Positions 1 through 9,902 of a stretch of 64,000 nucleotides of DNA are shown here, piece by piece. The notes under the pieces were generated by a model. The model saw only the letters and a list, made by a program, of their open reading frames with translations. It searched no databases and had not been told where the DNA came from. Source of the stretch: an uncultured Chloroflexia bacterium (GTDB lineage: Bacteria; Chloroflexota; Limnocylindria; Limnocylindrales; CSP1-4); contig CAVRGP010000015.1 in the NCBI GenBank assembly GCA_963720755.1, positions 1-64,000 of the forward strand, written 5' to 3'. The stretch's first letter is position 1. The number at the start of each line of letters is the position of its first letter. Made by a program: the position numbers and the translations under genes.

Positions 1-492
1 CGAACGCCCGAGCGCGACCATCATCGCGAGGATCAAGACGATCCCCGTCAGTTCCACGGCGAACCCGACCCTCAGCCGGCCGAGCGCTGCCTCGCCCTCA
101 GGGTCGTCGGTGCGGGCGCTGTCGGCGGCCACCTCCGTCGTGATCTGGGCGGCCGCGCGGCTGGTGACGAGGCCACCCGTCGCGAAGACCGCGATCGCCA
201 CAAGGATGGACGCAACCCAGAGCATGCCGAAGGTGGTCCCGGCAGCGTCGATGCTCCCGATCCGCCCGCTCGTGACGCCGAGCAGAAGACCCGTGATCCC
301 GGCCAGCAACGCCGACCCGATCACCAGCCGCTCCGGAGCCAGGACCAGGCGCTGCACCAGCTCGGGCCGCTCGGCTGACGGTCGTCGCCCCACGTACGGG
401 ACGAGGACGACATTGGCGAAGATCGAAGCGCCGAGCCACGACGCCCCGCCGAGCAGGTGGAAGAAGAGGAGGATCGAGCCACCTTCCGTCAC
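1..492 (-). CDS. Integral membrane protein, DUF2269/CopD-like, runs off the window edge
   Basis: Translated by hand (not in ORF track): VTEGGSILLFFHLLGGASWLGASIFANVVLVP...ELTGIVLILAMMVALGRS; four hydrophobic segments, H-x6-W-x-G in TM1. Confidence 0.6.
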   Translation of the reverse strand, partial: MTEGGSILLFFHLLGGASWLGASIFANVVLVPYVGRRPSAERPELVQRLVLAPERLVIGSALLAGITGLLLGVTSGRIGSIDAAGTTFGMLWVASILVAIAVFATGGLVTSRAAAQITTEVAADSARTDDPEGEAALGRLRVGFAVELTGIVLILAMMVALGRS

Positions 493-578
493 GAGGGGAT
501 GCTCCCGCCACTGATCGCCATTCGCTCCTCCCGCCGATCGTCAGTTGTTCAGCCCGACCCGGACCATACGCCCTGCGG

Positions 579-1028
579 TCAGCCGCCATCGACCTGACCA
601 CGGACAGCGCCTGGTCCGAGTCGGGCGTCCGTCGCGTCGTCGGCGACGCCGTCGTAGAAGCGGTCGAGCACCTGCCTGAAGAGGGGGTCGTTCGGTGCGG
701 CCCGATGGAACAGGGTCATCGACGAGCGGACCTTCATCGCATCGAGCGACCCGAAGATCTCGGTCGCAGTCCGGCCCGTCGTCGCCAGGATCAGCCCGGC
801 GCACTCGCGCAGCCGCGGTCCGAGGACTGGGTGATCGAGATACGCGCGCGCCTCATCGAGCGAGCCGATCGAGTAGTGCCGGGACATCGTGCTCGAGCCG
901 AGGCCGGCGACCTGCGGAAAGATGAACCAGATCCAGTGCCCCGACTTGCGGCCGCGTCGAAGCTCCGCGAGGACGCCGTCGTAGACGTGCTGCTGCGCTG
1001 CGACGAACCGCTCGAGGTCGTAGGGCAT
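579..1028 (-). CDS. DUF1810 family protein (Rv1873-like)
   Basis: N-terminus YDLERFVAAQ...AELRRGRKSGHWIWFIFPQ and D-AMK-RSSMTLF match the family pattern. Confidence 0.9.
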   Translation of the reverse strand: MPYDLERFVAAQQHVYDGVLAELRRGRKSGHWIWFIFPQVAGLGSSTMSRHYSIGSLDEARAYLDHPVLGPRLRECAGLILATTGRTATEIFGSLDAMKVRSSMTLFHRAAPNDPLFRQVLDRFYDGVADDATDARLGPGAVRGQVDGG

Positions 1029-1064
1029 GGAGCCATTGTGCGTCCCGGCGCTATAGTCGGCATC

Positions 1065-1133
1065 GTGCTCACGAATCGCTCGGCTCCACCGGCGACCGTC
1101 ACGCCGGTGCTCACGTATCCCGATGTTCGCGTC
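1065..1133 (+). pseudogene. N-terminal remnant of a VOC/glyoxalase-family gene
   Basis: TATAGT at 1052-1057, then GTG and MLTNRSAPPATVTPVLTYPDVR, resembling VOC-family N-termini; similarity stops at the 3' end of the convergent gene. Confidence 0.55.
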
Positions 1134-1145
1134 GGCTCTGGCCGT

Positions 1146-1646
1146 TCAGACGGGTACGGCGCTGAGCTCGCCCACGATCGCGGTCGTCCAGGCTTCGACG
1201 TCGCCCCACGGACGGTAGTCACCCTGCGGCGCCCGCACGATGGCGGTGACCGCTCGCTCGCCGAACCCCAGCTCGTGCTTGTCCAACCGGCCGGCGAAGA
1301 CTCGATGCTCTCGAGCGCCCGCCCGAGCGACGAGGTCGGCGACCTCCCTGGGCTCCCGGTCGGGCCTGGGCGGATCGCCGGTGGGCCCGCTCGAGAACAT
1401 CCAGACCGGACGTGTCTGTAGATCGTCCTCGAACCGGTTGATGAATAGGCGAGCCGGCGCCAGCCAGCGGCCCATGTAGACGGCACTCCCAAGGATGACC
1501 GCGTCGTACCGATGCAGGTCGATCACCTGGTCGACGCGTTCGATGTCTGCCTCCAGCCCATGGTCGGCCAATCCGGCCCTGATCGTGGCAGCGATCTCCG
1601 TGGTCGAGCCATGCTTCGACGCCACGGCCACCAGGACACGCATCAT
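1146..1646 (-). CDS. Flavodoxin-domain protein (HemG-like, Flavodoxin_5)
   Basis: RVLVAVASKHGSTTEIA FMN-phosphate loop, YDAVILGSAVYMGRW, VWMFSSGP, GDYRPW; GGAGG RBS. Confidence 0.88.
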   Translation of the reverse strand: MMRVLVAVASKHGSTTEIAATIRAGLADHGLEADIERVDQVIDLHRYDAVILGSAVYMGRWLAPARLFINRFEDDLQTRPVWMFSSGPTGDPPRPDREPREVADLVARAGAREHRVFAGRLDKHELGFGERAVTAIVRAPQGDYRPWGDVEAWTTAIVGELSAVPV

Positions 1647-1712
1647 CAAGCCCTCCTCCAACACGGTCTATCGTCGCGGGATCTCCACCGCCGCGAAAGT
1701 GCCACCCGCACC

Positions 1713-1748
1713 GATCCGCGGTGCCCAACGGCCGGATCCACGGTGCCC
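1713..1748. promoter_or_regulatory. 14-bp direct repeat GATCCRCGGTGCCC x2 (22-bp period), possible TF site
   Basis: Copies at 1713-1726 and 1735-1748 in a divergent intergenic region. Confidence 0.35.
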
Positions 1749-1817
1749 TTGGCGGTCTGGCTCCGCTGGCGCAGGTGAGGGCTTGACCGGACGAACCCGC
1801 GAGCCCATCGTTCGTCG

Positions 1818-2313
1818 GTGACTCGTCGGCCGGTCCATCGCGTACTGGCGCTCGCAGGTCCCGCCATCCTGGCGCTGGCACTCGCCGCCTGCGCCACCCC
1901 GGCGCCATCGGTGGACTCGGTGAGAGTGATCCATCTCGAGAGCCAGGTCAGCGATGCGGTATTGGTCGGCGTGTGGGAACGCGGCAGCACGGCCGAGCCG
2001 TTCCTGGGCGTCATCCACGGGTGCGGGAGCCGGCTCGACCTGGCGGTCGGCCGCGAGCTACCGACCAGCGACGATTGGGTGATCGGGCTCTATGTCGATC
2101 CGACCGGCCAACTCGACGCTGGCGTTCCGGCATCATCCGCCGACCTGACCGAACTGCTGCCGTCCATGTCGATCATCTGGTCGCGGGGCGACATCAAGGC
2201 TGCGAACCTGCCGGAGTGGGTCACGGTCACGTCCACCGAGACGGTCCAAGGGAAGCTGCCCGCTGACCGAGCCGACGCTCGATCCCTGTCCCAGTTACGC
2301 GCCGCCGCCGTAG
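1818..2313 (+). CDS. Hypothetical lipoprotein, probable frameshift near 2260
   Basis: Signal peptide ending LAAC; as read the ORF runs to 2477 over the antitoxin, but a shifted frame gives LTEPTLDPCPSYAPPP-stop at 2313. Confidence 0.55.
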
Positions 2314-2327
2314 CCGTGATCGGCTGG

Positions 2328-2355
2328 TACCAGCTACCCAGCAAGCTGGTATCCT
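2328..2355 (+). promoter_or_regulatory. Operator palindrome TACCAGCT-N8-AGCTGGTA overlapping a -10-like TATCCT of the TA operon
   Basis: Perfect 8-bp inverted repeat; TATCCT lies 6 nt before ATG 2362. Confidence 0.6.
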
Positions 2356-2361
2356 GGCAGC

Positions 2362-2619
2362 ATGAAAGTGACGATCGACCTGGACGCCGAGCGGTACCGA
2401 GCCGTCAAGGTGGAGGCTGCGCGGACCGATCGCTCCGTCCGCGACATCGTCGACGAGGCGTTGGGCGCCTGGCTTGAGGCGGAGGAAGCCCGCGAGGATC
2501 GCGCGTCTGCCGCGGCGGCCCTGGATGAATACCGACGCGAGGGTGGCGAATCAGCGTCGACGTTCTTCGGTTCGTTGGCGGCCGAAACGAAGGCGACCTA
2601 CGACCCCGATACGGCGTGA
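2362..2619 (+). CDS. Ribbon-helix-helix antitoxin
   Basis: MKVTIDLDAERYRAVKVEAARTDRSVRDIVDEAL RHH pattern, acidic C-terminus, 4-bp overlap with the toxin. Confidence 0.75.
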   Translation: MKVTIDLDAERYRAVKVEAARTDRSVRDIVDEALGAWLEAEEAREDRASAAAALDEYRREGGESASTFFGSLAAETKATYDPDTA

Positions 2620-2912
2620 GCGATGGCGGCCACCGGGTCGAGCTCGCGCCGGCTGCCCAACGCCAGCTCCGACGGCTCCCGCCAGGTGACGCCGCGCGAC
2701 TTCGAGGACCGATCCTCTCGCTGGGGATCGACCCGCGCCCACCGGGGGTCGTGAAACTCGCCGGCACCGAGTTCTGGCGACTTCGAGTCGGCGACCTGCG
2801 GATCGTCTACCTCATCGACGATACGGACGGCCTGGTCGTCGTCCTGCGGGTAGCGCGTCGATCGGAGAGCACCTACCGGCGGTCGATTCGCTCGACCAGG
2901 CGAACGACCTAG
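2616..2912 (+). CDS. RelE/ParE family toxin
   Basis: VELAPAAQRQLRRL...PRPPGVVKLAG...WRLRVGDLRIVYLIDD...VVLRVARR. Confidence 0.9.
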   Translation: MSDGGHRVELAPAAQRQLRRLPPGDAARLRGPILSLGIDPRPPGVVKLAGTEFWRLRVGDLRIVYLIDDTDGLVVVLRVARRSESTYRRSIRSTRRTT

Positions 2913-3286
2913 GCGAAGAACTTGGCGATCCGGTCCGTGTCGTCCGAGAACGCCCACCGTTCGACGATCTTGCCGTTGCGAACGTGGTAGATCTCCGCGG
3001 TGTTGTACTCGAGCGTCTTGCCATTCCGAGTGGCCTTCGCCGAGGTCAGGGCGATCGTGTGGTCATCGTTCGCCACGACATCGTGGATCGTGCCGGTGAT
3101 CGTGAAGTCCATGCCGCCACCGCTCATCCGCTCGGCGAGGGCAGCCTTTCCGCGGACCGGTTCTGGATTGCCGATCTCATGCCAGACGACGTCGTCATCG
3201 AGTACGTCGACGAGGGCCTGGAAGTTTCCCTCCTGGAGCGCGTCCGCAGTGGCGCGGGCCATCGTTGCGTTCGGGTGTTCGGACAC
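2909..3286 (-). CDS. SnoaL-like/NTF2 family protein
   Basis: LDDDVVWHE...HDVVANDDH...IYHVRNGKIVERW. Confidence 0.85.
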   Translation of the reverse strand: MSEHPNATMARATADALQEGNFQALVDVLDDDVVWHEIGNPEPVRGKAALAERMSGGGMDFTITGTIHDVVANDDHTIALTSAKATRNGKTLEYNTAEIYHVRNGKIVERWAFSDDTDRIAKFFA

Positions 3287-3421
3287 GGTCGACCTCCTTC
3301 TGTCTTTGCCGCGGCGGCCCGATCAGGTCGGTGCGCTGGGTCTTGCGGCGAGGTCAACCCAGCGTACCCTGTCGTATCAATGCCCCAGGATCGACACATA
3401 TCACCAGGAGGAGCAGCCGAA

Positions 3422-3832
3422 ATGGATACCGTCGAATACTTCCCGTCCCCAGGGGCACTAGCCGGAGTCAAGCTCCCGTTTTCGGAGGCGGTTTGTGTCG
3501 GCTCCACGCTCTACCTCTCCGGCACGATCGGCGTCGACGACACGGGCAAGTTGGTGCCGGGCGGCATCGAAGCCGAGACGCGCCAGGCGATGACCAACAT
3601 GCGTGCCACCCTCGAGCGTCATGGGTCATCGCTGGACCATGTGATCCGCTGCCTGGTGATGCTTGCCGACATGGACGAGTGGGGGGCCATGAACGCGGTC
3701 TACACCGAGCACTTCACGGATCATCTCCCGGCGCGGAGCGCGCTCGGCGCATCCGGTCTCGCGATGGGGGCCCGGATCGAGATCGAGTGCATCGCCGTGC
3801 TGGCCGACGGGTCCTTCATGATGCTTGATTAG
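3422..3832 (+). CDS. RidA/YjgF family protein
   Basis: PFSEAV, LYLSG, MNAVY...LPARSALG, IEIECIA; GGAGGAG RBS. Confidence 0.9.
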   Translation: MDTVEYFPSPGALAGVKLPFSEAVCVGSTLYLSGTIGVDDTGKLVPGGIEAETRQAMTNMRATLERHGSSLDHVIRCLVMLADMDEWGAMNAVYTEHFTDHLPARSALGASGLAMGARIEIECIAVLADGSFMMLD

Positions 3833-4000
3833 ACCCGGTCAGAGACAACCTTTCGCGCGTATGCGCGTAGGCAGCATCAACGCCAGGGGACGCGGCGCCC
3901 TCGGTTGCCGGGCAATCCAAGCGGTGCCGTCGACCCAGGTGATGCCGTCTACACGCATACGGAAAGTAGGCGGGGGCAGGACGGCCCAATTCAAGCATCA
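3819..4000. repeat. 182-bp palindromic REPIN/MITE-like element (family A, copy 1)
   Basis: Inverted 61-bp arms at 3819-3879 and 3940-4000, consensus TGATGCTTGAWT-N29-TATGCGYGTAGRCRGCATCA; 60-bp self-complementary core; 32-bp tandem duplication at 3982-4045. Confidence 0.8.
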
Positions 4001-4063
4001 AGCGTCGGGCTGCCGGCCCAATGCAAGCATCAAGCGACGGGCGGCGACCACCTCATATACGTA

Positions 4064-4102
4064 TTGACCATCACGATATGAATCGCTAGCATCATCCATA
4101 TC
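4064..4102 (+). promoter_or_regulatory. Sigma70-like promoter TTGACC-N17-TAGCAT with operator inverted repeat GATATG...CATATC
   Basis: Directly upstream of the antitoxin ATG at 4103. Confidence 0.6.
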
Positions 4103-4360
4103 ATGTCGAGCCGAGTCGGAGAGCGCGGGCAGATCACGATCGAGAAGGGGATCCGCGAGGAGCTCTCGATCTACGCTGGGGACGAGGCCGTCCAGCGGGT
4201 CGAGGACGGTCGGATCGTCATCGAGGTCATCCCGGGCCGCCATCGCCGTTCGATGGCTGGGGTCCTCCGCGGCAAGGTCGGGCGAGTGCCCCCGGATGAG
4301 TCCTGGTCGGTGCTTCGAGACGCCGCCTGGGCGACACCAGATCCGGATCGCGAGGCGTGA
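4103..4360 (+). CDS. vapB: AbrB/MazE/SpoVT-fold antitoxin (VapB-like)
   Basis: SRVGERGQITIEKGIREELSI...GRIVI; overlaps the PIN gene. Confidence 0.8.
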   Translation: MSSRVGERGQITIEKGIREELSIYAGDEAVQRVEDGRIVIEVIPGRHRRSMAGVLRGKVGRVPPDESWSVLRDAAWATPDPDREA

Positions 4361-4755
4361 TCGGGGTCGACACCTCGGTCGTCGTCCGCTACCTGGTCGG
4401 CACGCCCCGGGCGCAGGCCAGGCGGGCCGCCGCGTTGATCGACGACGACGAGACGGAGGTCGGCATCTCCACGGTCGTCCTCGCAGAAGTCGCGCATGTC
4501 CTCCGGACGCAATACGCGGTCGAGCCGCGCGACATCGTCGACAGCCTGATCGGCCTCATCCAGCGCACGAACGTACGGGTGCTCGGCCTGCGCACGGAAC
4601 TCGTCGTCGAGATGCTCGTGCGGGCGCGAACGATGCCCGGCCGGCCGATCCCGGATGCGCTCATCGTGGCGGCTGCGATCGCCGCCGATGCGGTACCGCT
4701 TGCGACCTTCGATCGCGGGCAGGCGCGCTACGGGATCGACGTTCGGGAGCCCTAG
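4357..4755 (+). CDS. vapC: PIN-domain toxin (VapC family)
   Basis: VDTSVVVRYL, LAEV, PDALI, ATFDR acidic residues present. Confidence 0.88.
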   Translation: MIGVDTSVVVRYLVGTPRAQARRAAALIDDDETEVGISTVVLAEVAHVLRTQYAVEPRDIVDSLIGLIQRTNVRVLGLRTELVVEMLVRARTMPGRPIPDALIVAAAIAADAVPLATFDRGQARYGIDVREP

Positions 4756-6429
4756 CTGGCCAGCTTCTTGTACTTGATCCGGTGGGGCTGATCGGCCGCG
4801 ACGCCGAGCTCGCGGTGCCGGAACTCCTCGTACTCGGTGAAGTTGCCCTCGAACCAGCGCACCTGGCTGTCGCCCTCGAACGCGAGGACGTGGGTCGCGA
4901 TCCGGTCGAGGAACCAGCGATCGTGGCTGATCACCACGACGCACCCCGGGAACGTCTCGAGGCCCGCCTCGAGCGCCCGGAGCGTGTCGACATCGAGGTC
5001 GTTGGTCGGCTCGTCGAGGAGCAGGACGTTGCCGCCCGACCGGAGCAGCTTGGCCAGGTGGACCCGGTTTCTCTCGCCACCCGATAGCTTGCCGACCGGT
5101 TTCTGCTGATCCGTGCCCCGGAAGTTGAAGCTCGAGACGTACGCCCGGGCCGGCAGCTCGCGCGGGCCTACCTTGATGAACTCATCGCCGCCGGCGATCT
5201 CGTCGAACACCGACTTGTCGGCGTCGAGGTCGTCACGGCTCTGGTCGACGTAGCTCAGCTGGACCGTGTCGCCGATGGTGATGCTGCCGGCGTCGGCCGC
5301 CTCCTGCCCGACGATCATCCGGAACAGGGTCGTCTTGCCGGCCCCGTTCGCGCCGATGATGCCGACGATCCCTGCCCGTGGCAGCGAAAACGTCAGGTCC
5401 TCGATCAGCACGCGGTCGCCGAACGCCTTTCCCAGGTCCTTGACCTCGATGACGCTGTCGCCGAGTCGGGGACCGGGCGGGATGGCGATCTCGAGCTCGC
5501 GACTGCCGTCCTTGTCGGCCTGCGCCTCGGCCAGAAGCTTCTCGTAGGCACCGAGTCGGGCCTTGCCCTTGGCCTGTCGGGCACGCGGGGCCAGGCGGAC
5601 CCAGTCAAGTTCACGCGACAGCGTTCGCTGCCGGGCCGACGTCCGCCCGCTGCTCCCCGGCCATCCGCGCCAGCTTCTGCTCCAGCCAGCTCGAGTAGTT
5701 GCCCTCGAATGGGATCCCCCGGCCCCGATCCAACTCCAGGATCCACTGGGCGACGTTGTCGAGGAAATACCGATCGTGGGTGATCGCCACGACCGTGCCC
5801 GCGTATTCCTGGAGGAAGCGTTCCAGCCAATAGACCGACTCGGCATCGAGGTGGTTGGTCGGTTCGTCGAGGAGGAGCAGGTCGGGGTGTCGAAGAAGCA
5901 GCCGGCACAACGCCACTCGCCGCTTCTCGCCGCCTGACAGGGTCGTGACGTCGGCGTCGTCCGGTGGGCAGCGCAGGGCGTCCATCGCGATATCGACGTT
6001 GCGTTCCAGGTTCCAGGCATCGGCCGCGGCGATCTTGTCCTCGAGCGCTGCCTGCTGGGTGCCGAGCGCCTCGTAGTCGGCCTCGGGCTCGGCCCAGCCG
6101 GCCATGACCGCGTTGTACTGCTCGATCAGGGTTTGGACCTCGGCGACGCCGTCCATGACGTTGCCCTTGACGTCCTTGGTCGGGTCGAGCTCGGGCTCCT
6201 GGCTGAGCAGGCCGACCGTGAACCCGGGGGTGAGCCGAGCCTCGCCGGTGAACCCGTCGTCGAGCCCGGCCATGATCCGGAGGAGGCTCGACTTGCCGGC
6301 CCCGTTCGAGCCGATGACCCCGATCTTCGCCCCGGGATAGAACGACAGGGAGATGTTCTCCAGCACCGTCCGATCGGGCGGGTAGTGCCGGGCGAGCTTG
6401 TACGTGCTGTAGATGAATTCGTGCGCCAT
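4752..6429 (-). CDS. ettA: Energy-dependent translational throttle EttA (ABC-F), frameshift near 5642
   Basis: [22 protein letters not shown], two ABC domains, [11 protein letters not shown] linker, C-terminal PHRIKYKKL; split over two ORFs. Confidence 0.93.
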
Positions 6430-6460
6430 ATTCCTAGGGTAGCGGCGTACGATGCCCGCG

Positions 6461-8587
6461 ATGAAACACCGACTCGGTCCCAAGGCCCTGGTGATGGCGA
6501 CGGTCGCATTCGTTGCTGCCGGGGCGCTCGATCTTGGGCTCGCGCCGGCCGTTGGGCTCGCGCCGGCCGCCGATGGCGCGGGGGGGATGACGCTGGATGT
6601 TTCCTGGACGCGGCCCGGGGCCTCCGGCACCGTCCACCATCCGCCCGAGGTTGCCCACGTCGGCGACACCGTGACGGTCAGCCCGATCCTCCCCGGACCG
6701 ACGAACGGTATCTGCCATCTCACGATCAGCGCCGACATCGGCTACAAGTGGCGCCAGATGAGCGTCGGGCTGGATCGGGACAGTGCGGGTGCCGGCGACG
6801 ACTGTCCCGCCTGGACATTCGTCCTCCCACCGACTCCTTCGGGCACGTACCTCATCCAGGGCAGCCTCTCCTCCGAGGCGGCCCCGTCGGTGGACTTGGC
6901 GGTCGCCCAGGGTCAAGCCCAGCCATTCGCCAGTTCGCCATATCCGGTCACGAGCTGGGCCGCCGCCGACGCTTTCGACAGTCCGCCCGCGTTCGGGACA
7001 CCGATGACGATCAGCCCGCCGCCGGGGATCGAACGGCGGTGCCACTTCTTCTTCAACGGCGGTGGCGATCAGTCATTCGGGTCGCCATCGGACATGTCAT
7101 GCGTTCCCTGGCAGATCACGATCCCGGAGCTTCGGCCGTACCCGTTCATGGAAAGCGGTTTCGAGTACCCCTGGGAGACGACGTACATCTTCGACGGTGC
7201 CACGAACCCCGATCCGGACGGCCGATACTTCACGACGCGGTCACAGGTCCCGTTCGATATGCTCGCCGGCGGGTCGGATCCGGCCAGCAGCGATCGTCCG
7301 TTCGTCGTCTGGGAGTCGAGTGCGAACCCCGGGTTCTGGACGCCCGGCACCGTCACGGCCGTGCCGACCCTGGTCGGGATCGATGCCGGCACGTGCGATT
7401 ACCAGTACTACGTCTACCCGGGGATGACCACGTGGGCCGCAGGCCCGTCCGTACCGATCGTGGACGGTGCGTGTGCGCCGCTCGAGTTCAGCGTCCCTGG
7501 CTCCGCCCTCTACGGGCACGTGCAATACGACGTCGCCGTGCGCGATCCCGATGGCAATGGCATCAGCGCGGCGGGTGGCGGCGCCAATATCGTCGACGCG
7601 ATGCAGGTCCCGAGCCTCAGCGCCGCGAACTCGGTGGTGGCCGGGGCCTCGCTGGCGGTCAAGGCCACGATCGATACCGGGGCACCGGTCGGCTACACCG
7701 TGACGGGGACGAGGACATCCAGTGGGGCACCGACCACCGCACCGGACACTACCGCAGCGGATACGACTGCAGGGCCGATGACCACCTGCGGTACCGGGAT
7801 CCTGGACCCGACCGCCGATACGAACACGGCCAAGGCCCATTGCCATCTCTCCAGCACCGGGTACTACACCATCCGAGTCACGATCCGCGACGCATCCGGG
7901 CACACCACGTCACGCGCCAAGACCGTGCGAGTCGTTCCGGACACGATCAAGCCGCGCACGGCTGCCCCCGTCGCGCGCCCACGTGTCGGAGGCACGTTGA
8001 GTGGGTCGATGCCCATCACGCTGAGCCTGTCCGGCAGCGATCAAGGCACCGGTATCGCGCGCTACAAAGTCGCTCGGAGCCGTGATGGCGGGGCATGGGC
8101 GCTCATCTCGTCGAACGCCGCCGCGCCGTCGTTCGCTACGAGCGTGGTGGCGGGGCACACCTACCGGTTCCGCACCCGGGCGATCGACAACGCCGGGAAT
8201 CGGGGCTCGTGGGCGTACGGGCCCAGTTTCCGGGTGTCGACCCGCCAGGAAACGGCGGCGACCGTCACTCCGTCCTGGCACGTGGGCGTGGATGCGGCCG
8301 CTTCCGGCGGGCACGTTGCTCGATCATCGAGCCCTACGGCGAAGGCGACGTTTGTATTCGTCGGTCGGAGTGTGGCGATCGTCGGTCCGCTCGGTCCGGA
8401 GATGGGTCATGCCCGGATCTACGTCGACGGCGTGTACAAGAAGGCTGTCGATCTGGCGCTGGCGAGCGCGGTGTCGCGGCGACTCATCTTTGCCTGGACC
8501 TGGAGAACCACCGGTTCGCATCGCATCCAGATCCGACCGGTCGGGGACGGGATCGTCGCGCTCGACGCCTTCCTGGTATTTCGGTAG
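6461..8587 (+). CDS. Secreted multi-domain protein with Ig/fibronectin type III-like C-terminal domains
   Basis: Signal peptide; [10 protein letters not shown]...[15 protein letters not shown]3-like motif; GHARIYVDG beta-sandwich domain. Confidence 0.7.
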   Translation: MKHRLGPKALVMATVAFVAAGALDLGLAPAVGLAPAADGAGGMTLDVSWTRPGASGTVHHPPEVAHVGDTVTVSPILPGPTNGICHLTISADIGYKWRQMSVGLDRDSAGAGDDCPAWTFVLPPTPSGTYLIQGSLSSEAAPSVDLAVAQGQAQPFASSPYPVTSWAAADAFDSPPAFGTPMTISPPPGIERRCHFFFNGGGDQSFGSPSDMSCVPWQITIPELRPYPFMESGFEYPWETTYIFDGATNPDPDGRYFTTRSQVPFDMLAGGSDPASSDRPFVVWESSANPGFWTPGTVTAVPTLVGIDAGTCDYQYYVYPGMTTWAAGPSVPIVDGACAPLEFSVPGSALYGHVQYDVAVRDPDGNGISAAGGGANIVDAMQVPSLSAANSVVAGASLAVKATIDTGAPVGYTVTGTRTSSGAPTTAPDTTAADTTAGPMTTCGTGILDPTADTNTAKAHCHLSSTGYYTIRVTIRDASGHTTSRAKTVRVVPDTIKPRTAAPVARPRVGGTLSGSMPITLSLSGSDQGTGIARYKVARSRDGGAWALISSNAAAPSFATSVVAGHTYRFRTRAIDNAGNRGSWAYGPSFRVSTRQETAATVTPSWHVGVDAAASGGHVARSSSPTAKATFVFVGRSVAIVGPLGPEMGHARIYVDGVYKKAVDLALASAVSRRLIFAWTWRTTGSHRIQIRPVGDGIVALDAFLVFR

Positions 8588-8650
8588 CCGGCGCGAGCCC
8601 GACCGTGCGTTCGGGTCGGTCGTGTCGTGTATGTATCTGTGACGACCGAT

Positions 8651-9121
8651 ATGGCGCTCGCCGAAACCACTGACGCCGCCTACGACCGCGCGTATACCGC
8701 GCACTGGGCCGACGTCTTCCGGTTCGCCCTCGCCTGGACCAACGACTGGGGCGCAGCCGAGGACCTGGCCCAGGAAGCGTACCTGCGACTGTGGAATACG
8801 CGTGGCCGACTGGATTGGTCCAGGCCGGTCCTGCCCTGGCTCCTCGTGACGACCCGTCGTCTCGCCACGGACCGGTTTCGGACGCTTCGGCGACGACTGC
8901 TGCCGACGCCTCGACCGGCCACGCTCGAGACCACGGTCCAGGACCGCTGGCTCGACGTGTGCGCGGCGATGGGGCAGCTCTCGCCATTGGAGCGGACCGC
9001 GATCGTCATGACGACCCTGGAGGGCGCGACCTACGACGAGGCGGCCGAGGTCCTGGGGACGACGCCTGGAGCGCTTCGAGCCGCGGTCAGCCGCGCCCGA
9101 ACGAAGTTGGAGGCTGCCTGA
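8651..9121 (+). CDS. ECF RNA polymerase sigma factor
   Basis: AEDLAQEAYLRLW (region 2) and LSPLERTAIVM...TYDEAAEVLGTTPGALRAAVSRAR (region 4); start could be 8627-8651. Confidence 0.9.
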   Translation: MALAETTDAAYDRAYTAHWADVFRFALAWTNDWGAAEDLAQEAYLRLWNTRGRLDWSRPVLPWLLVTTRRLATDRFRTLRRRLLPTPRPATLETTVQDRWLDVCAAMGQLSPLERTAIVMTTLEGATYDEAAEVLGTTPGALRAAVSRARTKLEAA

Positions 9122-9902
9122 TGGACCCGAAACGCCCGGATCAGATCCTCGGGGAGTGGGACGCGGTGGCCAGGACGGCCCGACGACCCGTCGCTCCGAT
9201 GCGCCGCAGCGCGGTTCGAGGCGGAATGACAAGTTCCGGTCTGAGCGTCATCGGCGCGCTGGTCGTCATCGTGGCGCTGGCTGCCGCGTTCGTGTGGTTG
9301 GGCGGACCGGGCCTGAACGGTTCGGTCGGGGACGTTCCCGGCGCGACGGGGTCCGCCGGTCCGACGCCGGCTGCCGCGACGCCTGGGCCTTCGCCCACGC
9401 CCACACCGGCGCCCACGCGGCGCCCACGCCGACCCCGGCCCCGACGGCGACCGCGCAGCCGACCCCCTCGCCGACCCCGGACCCGGCCAGCCTCTCGTGT
9501 GCACCTGGCCAATTGGCCGCTCGAATCACGCTCTGGGAGGGCGCGGCGGGTCATCGGATCGCGCACGTCGAGTTGACGAACGCGGGCTCGGGCGCCTGTA
9601 CCATCCGTGCGATGTCGAAGCCGCAGCTCGTGGATGGCAATGGATCCGTCCTGATCGACGGCGTGGACCCATCGGCGTCGAAGCTGCTCGTCGTGGCCGC
9701 GGGAGACGTGCTCAAGACGCTGGTCCAGGACGCCAACTATTGCGGGCCCGACCCCGTGGCGCCGGTATCCGTCGCCTTCGTGTTGAGCAGTGGCGGTCGG
9801 ATCGTGGCGACCCCGGTCTCACCGACCGATGTGACCGTCCCTCCCTGCAATGGCGCGCCGGGTTCGGCCGGCGACATCGAGATGCAGCCGTGGGCGCCAT
9901 GA
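9121..9902 (+). CDS. Membrane-anchored DUF4232-domain protein, putative anti-sigma; frameshift near 9420
   Basis: Short cytoplasmic N-terminus, TM helix, Pro/Thr linker, then CAPGQL...EGAAGHR...LTNAGSGACTI; coupled to the sigma stop codon. Confidence 0.7.

Noticed and set aside
3819-3879. Box C/D or TIGR-like RNA motif in family-A arms
   Set aside because: The motif is TGATGC rather than TGATGA, the arms are inverted pairs rather than a tandem array, and no Nop-domain gene is present
1-4755. Integron cassette array
   Set aside because: Mixed gene orientations, no recurring RYYYAAC...GTTRRRY attC pattern found by eye, and no integrase
6133-8085. Long alternative-frame or antisense ORFs (this one, 9712-11124, 50989-52644 and many others)
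   Set aside because: Arg/Pro/Gly-rich shadow ORFs expected at this GC content, overlapping well-supported genes
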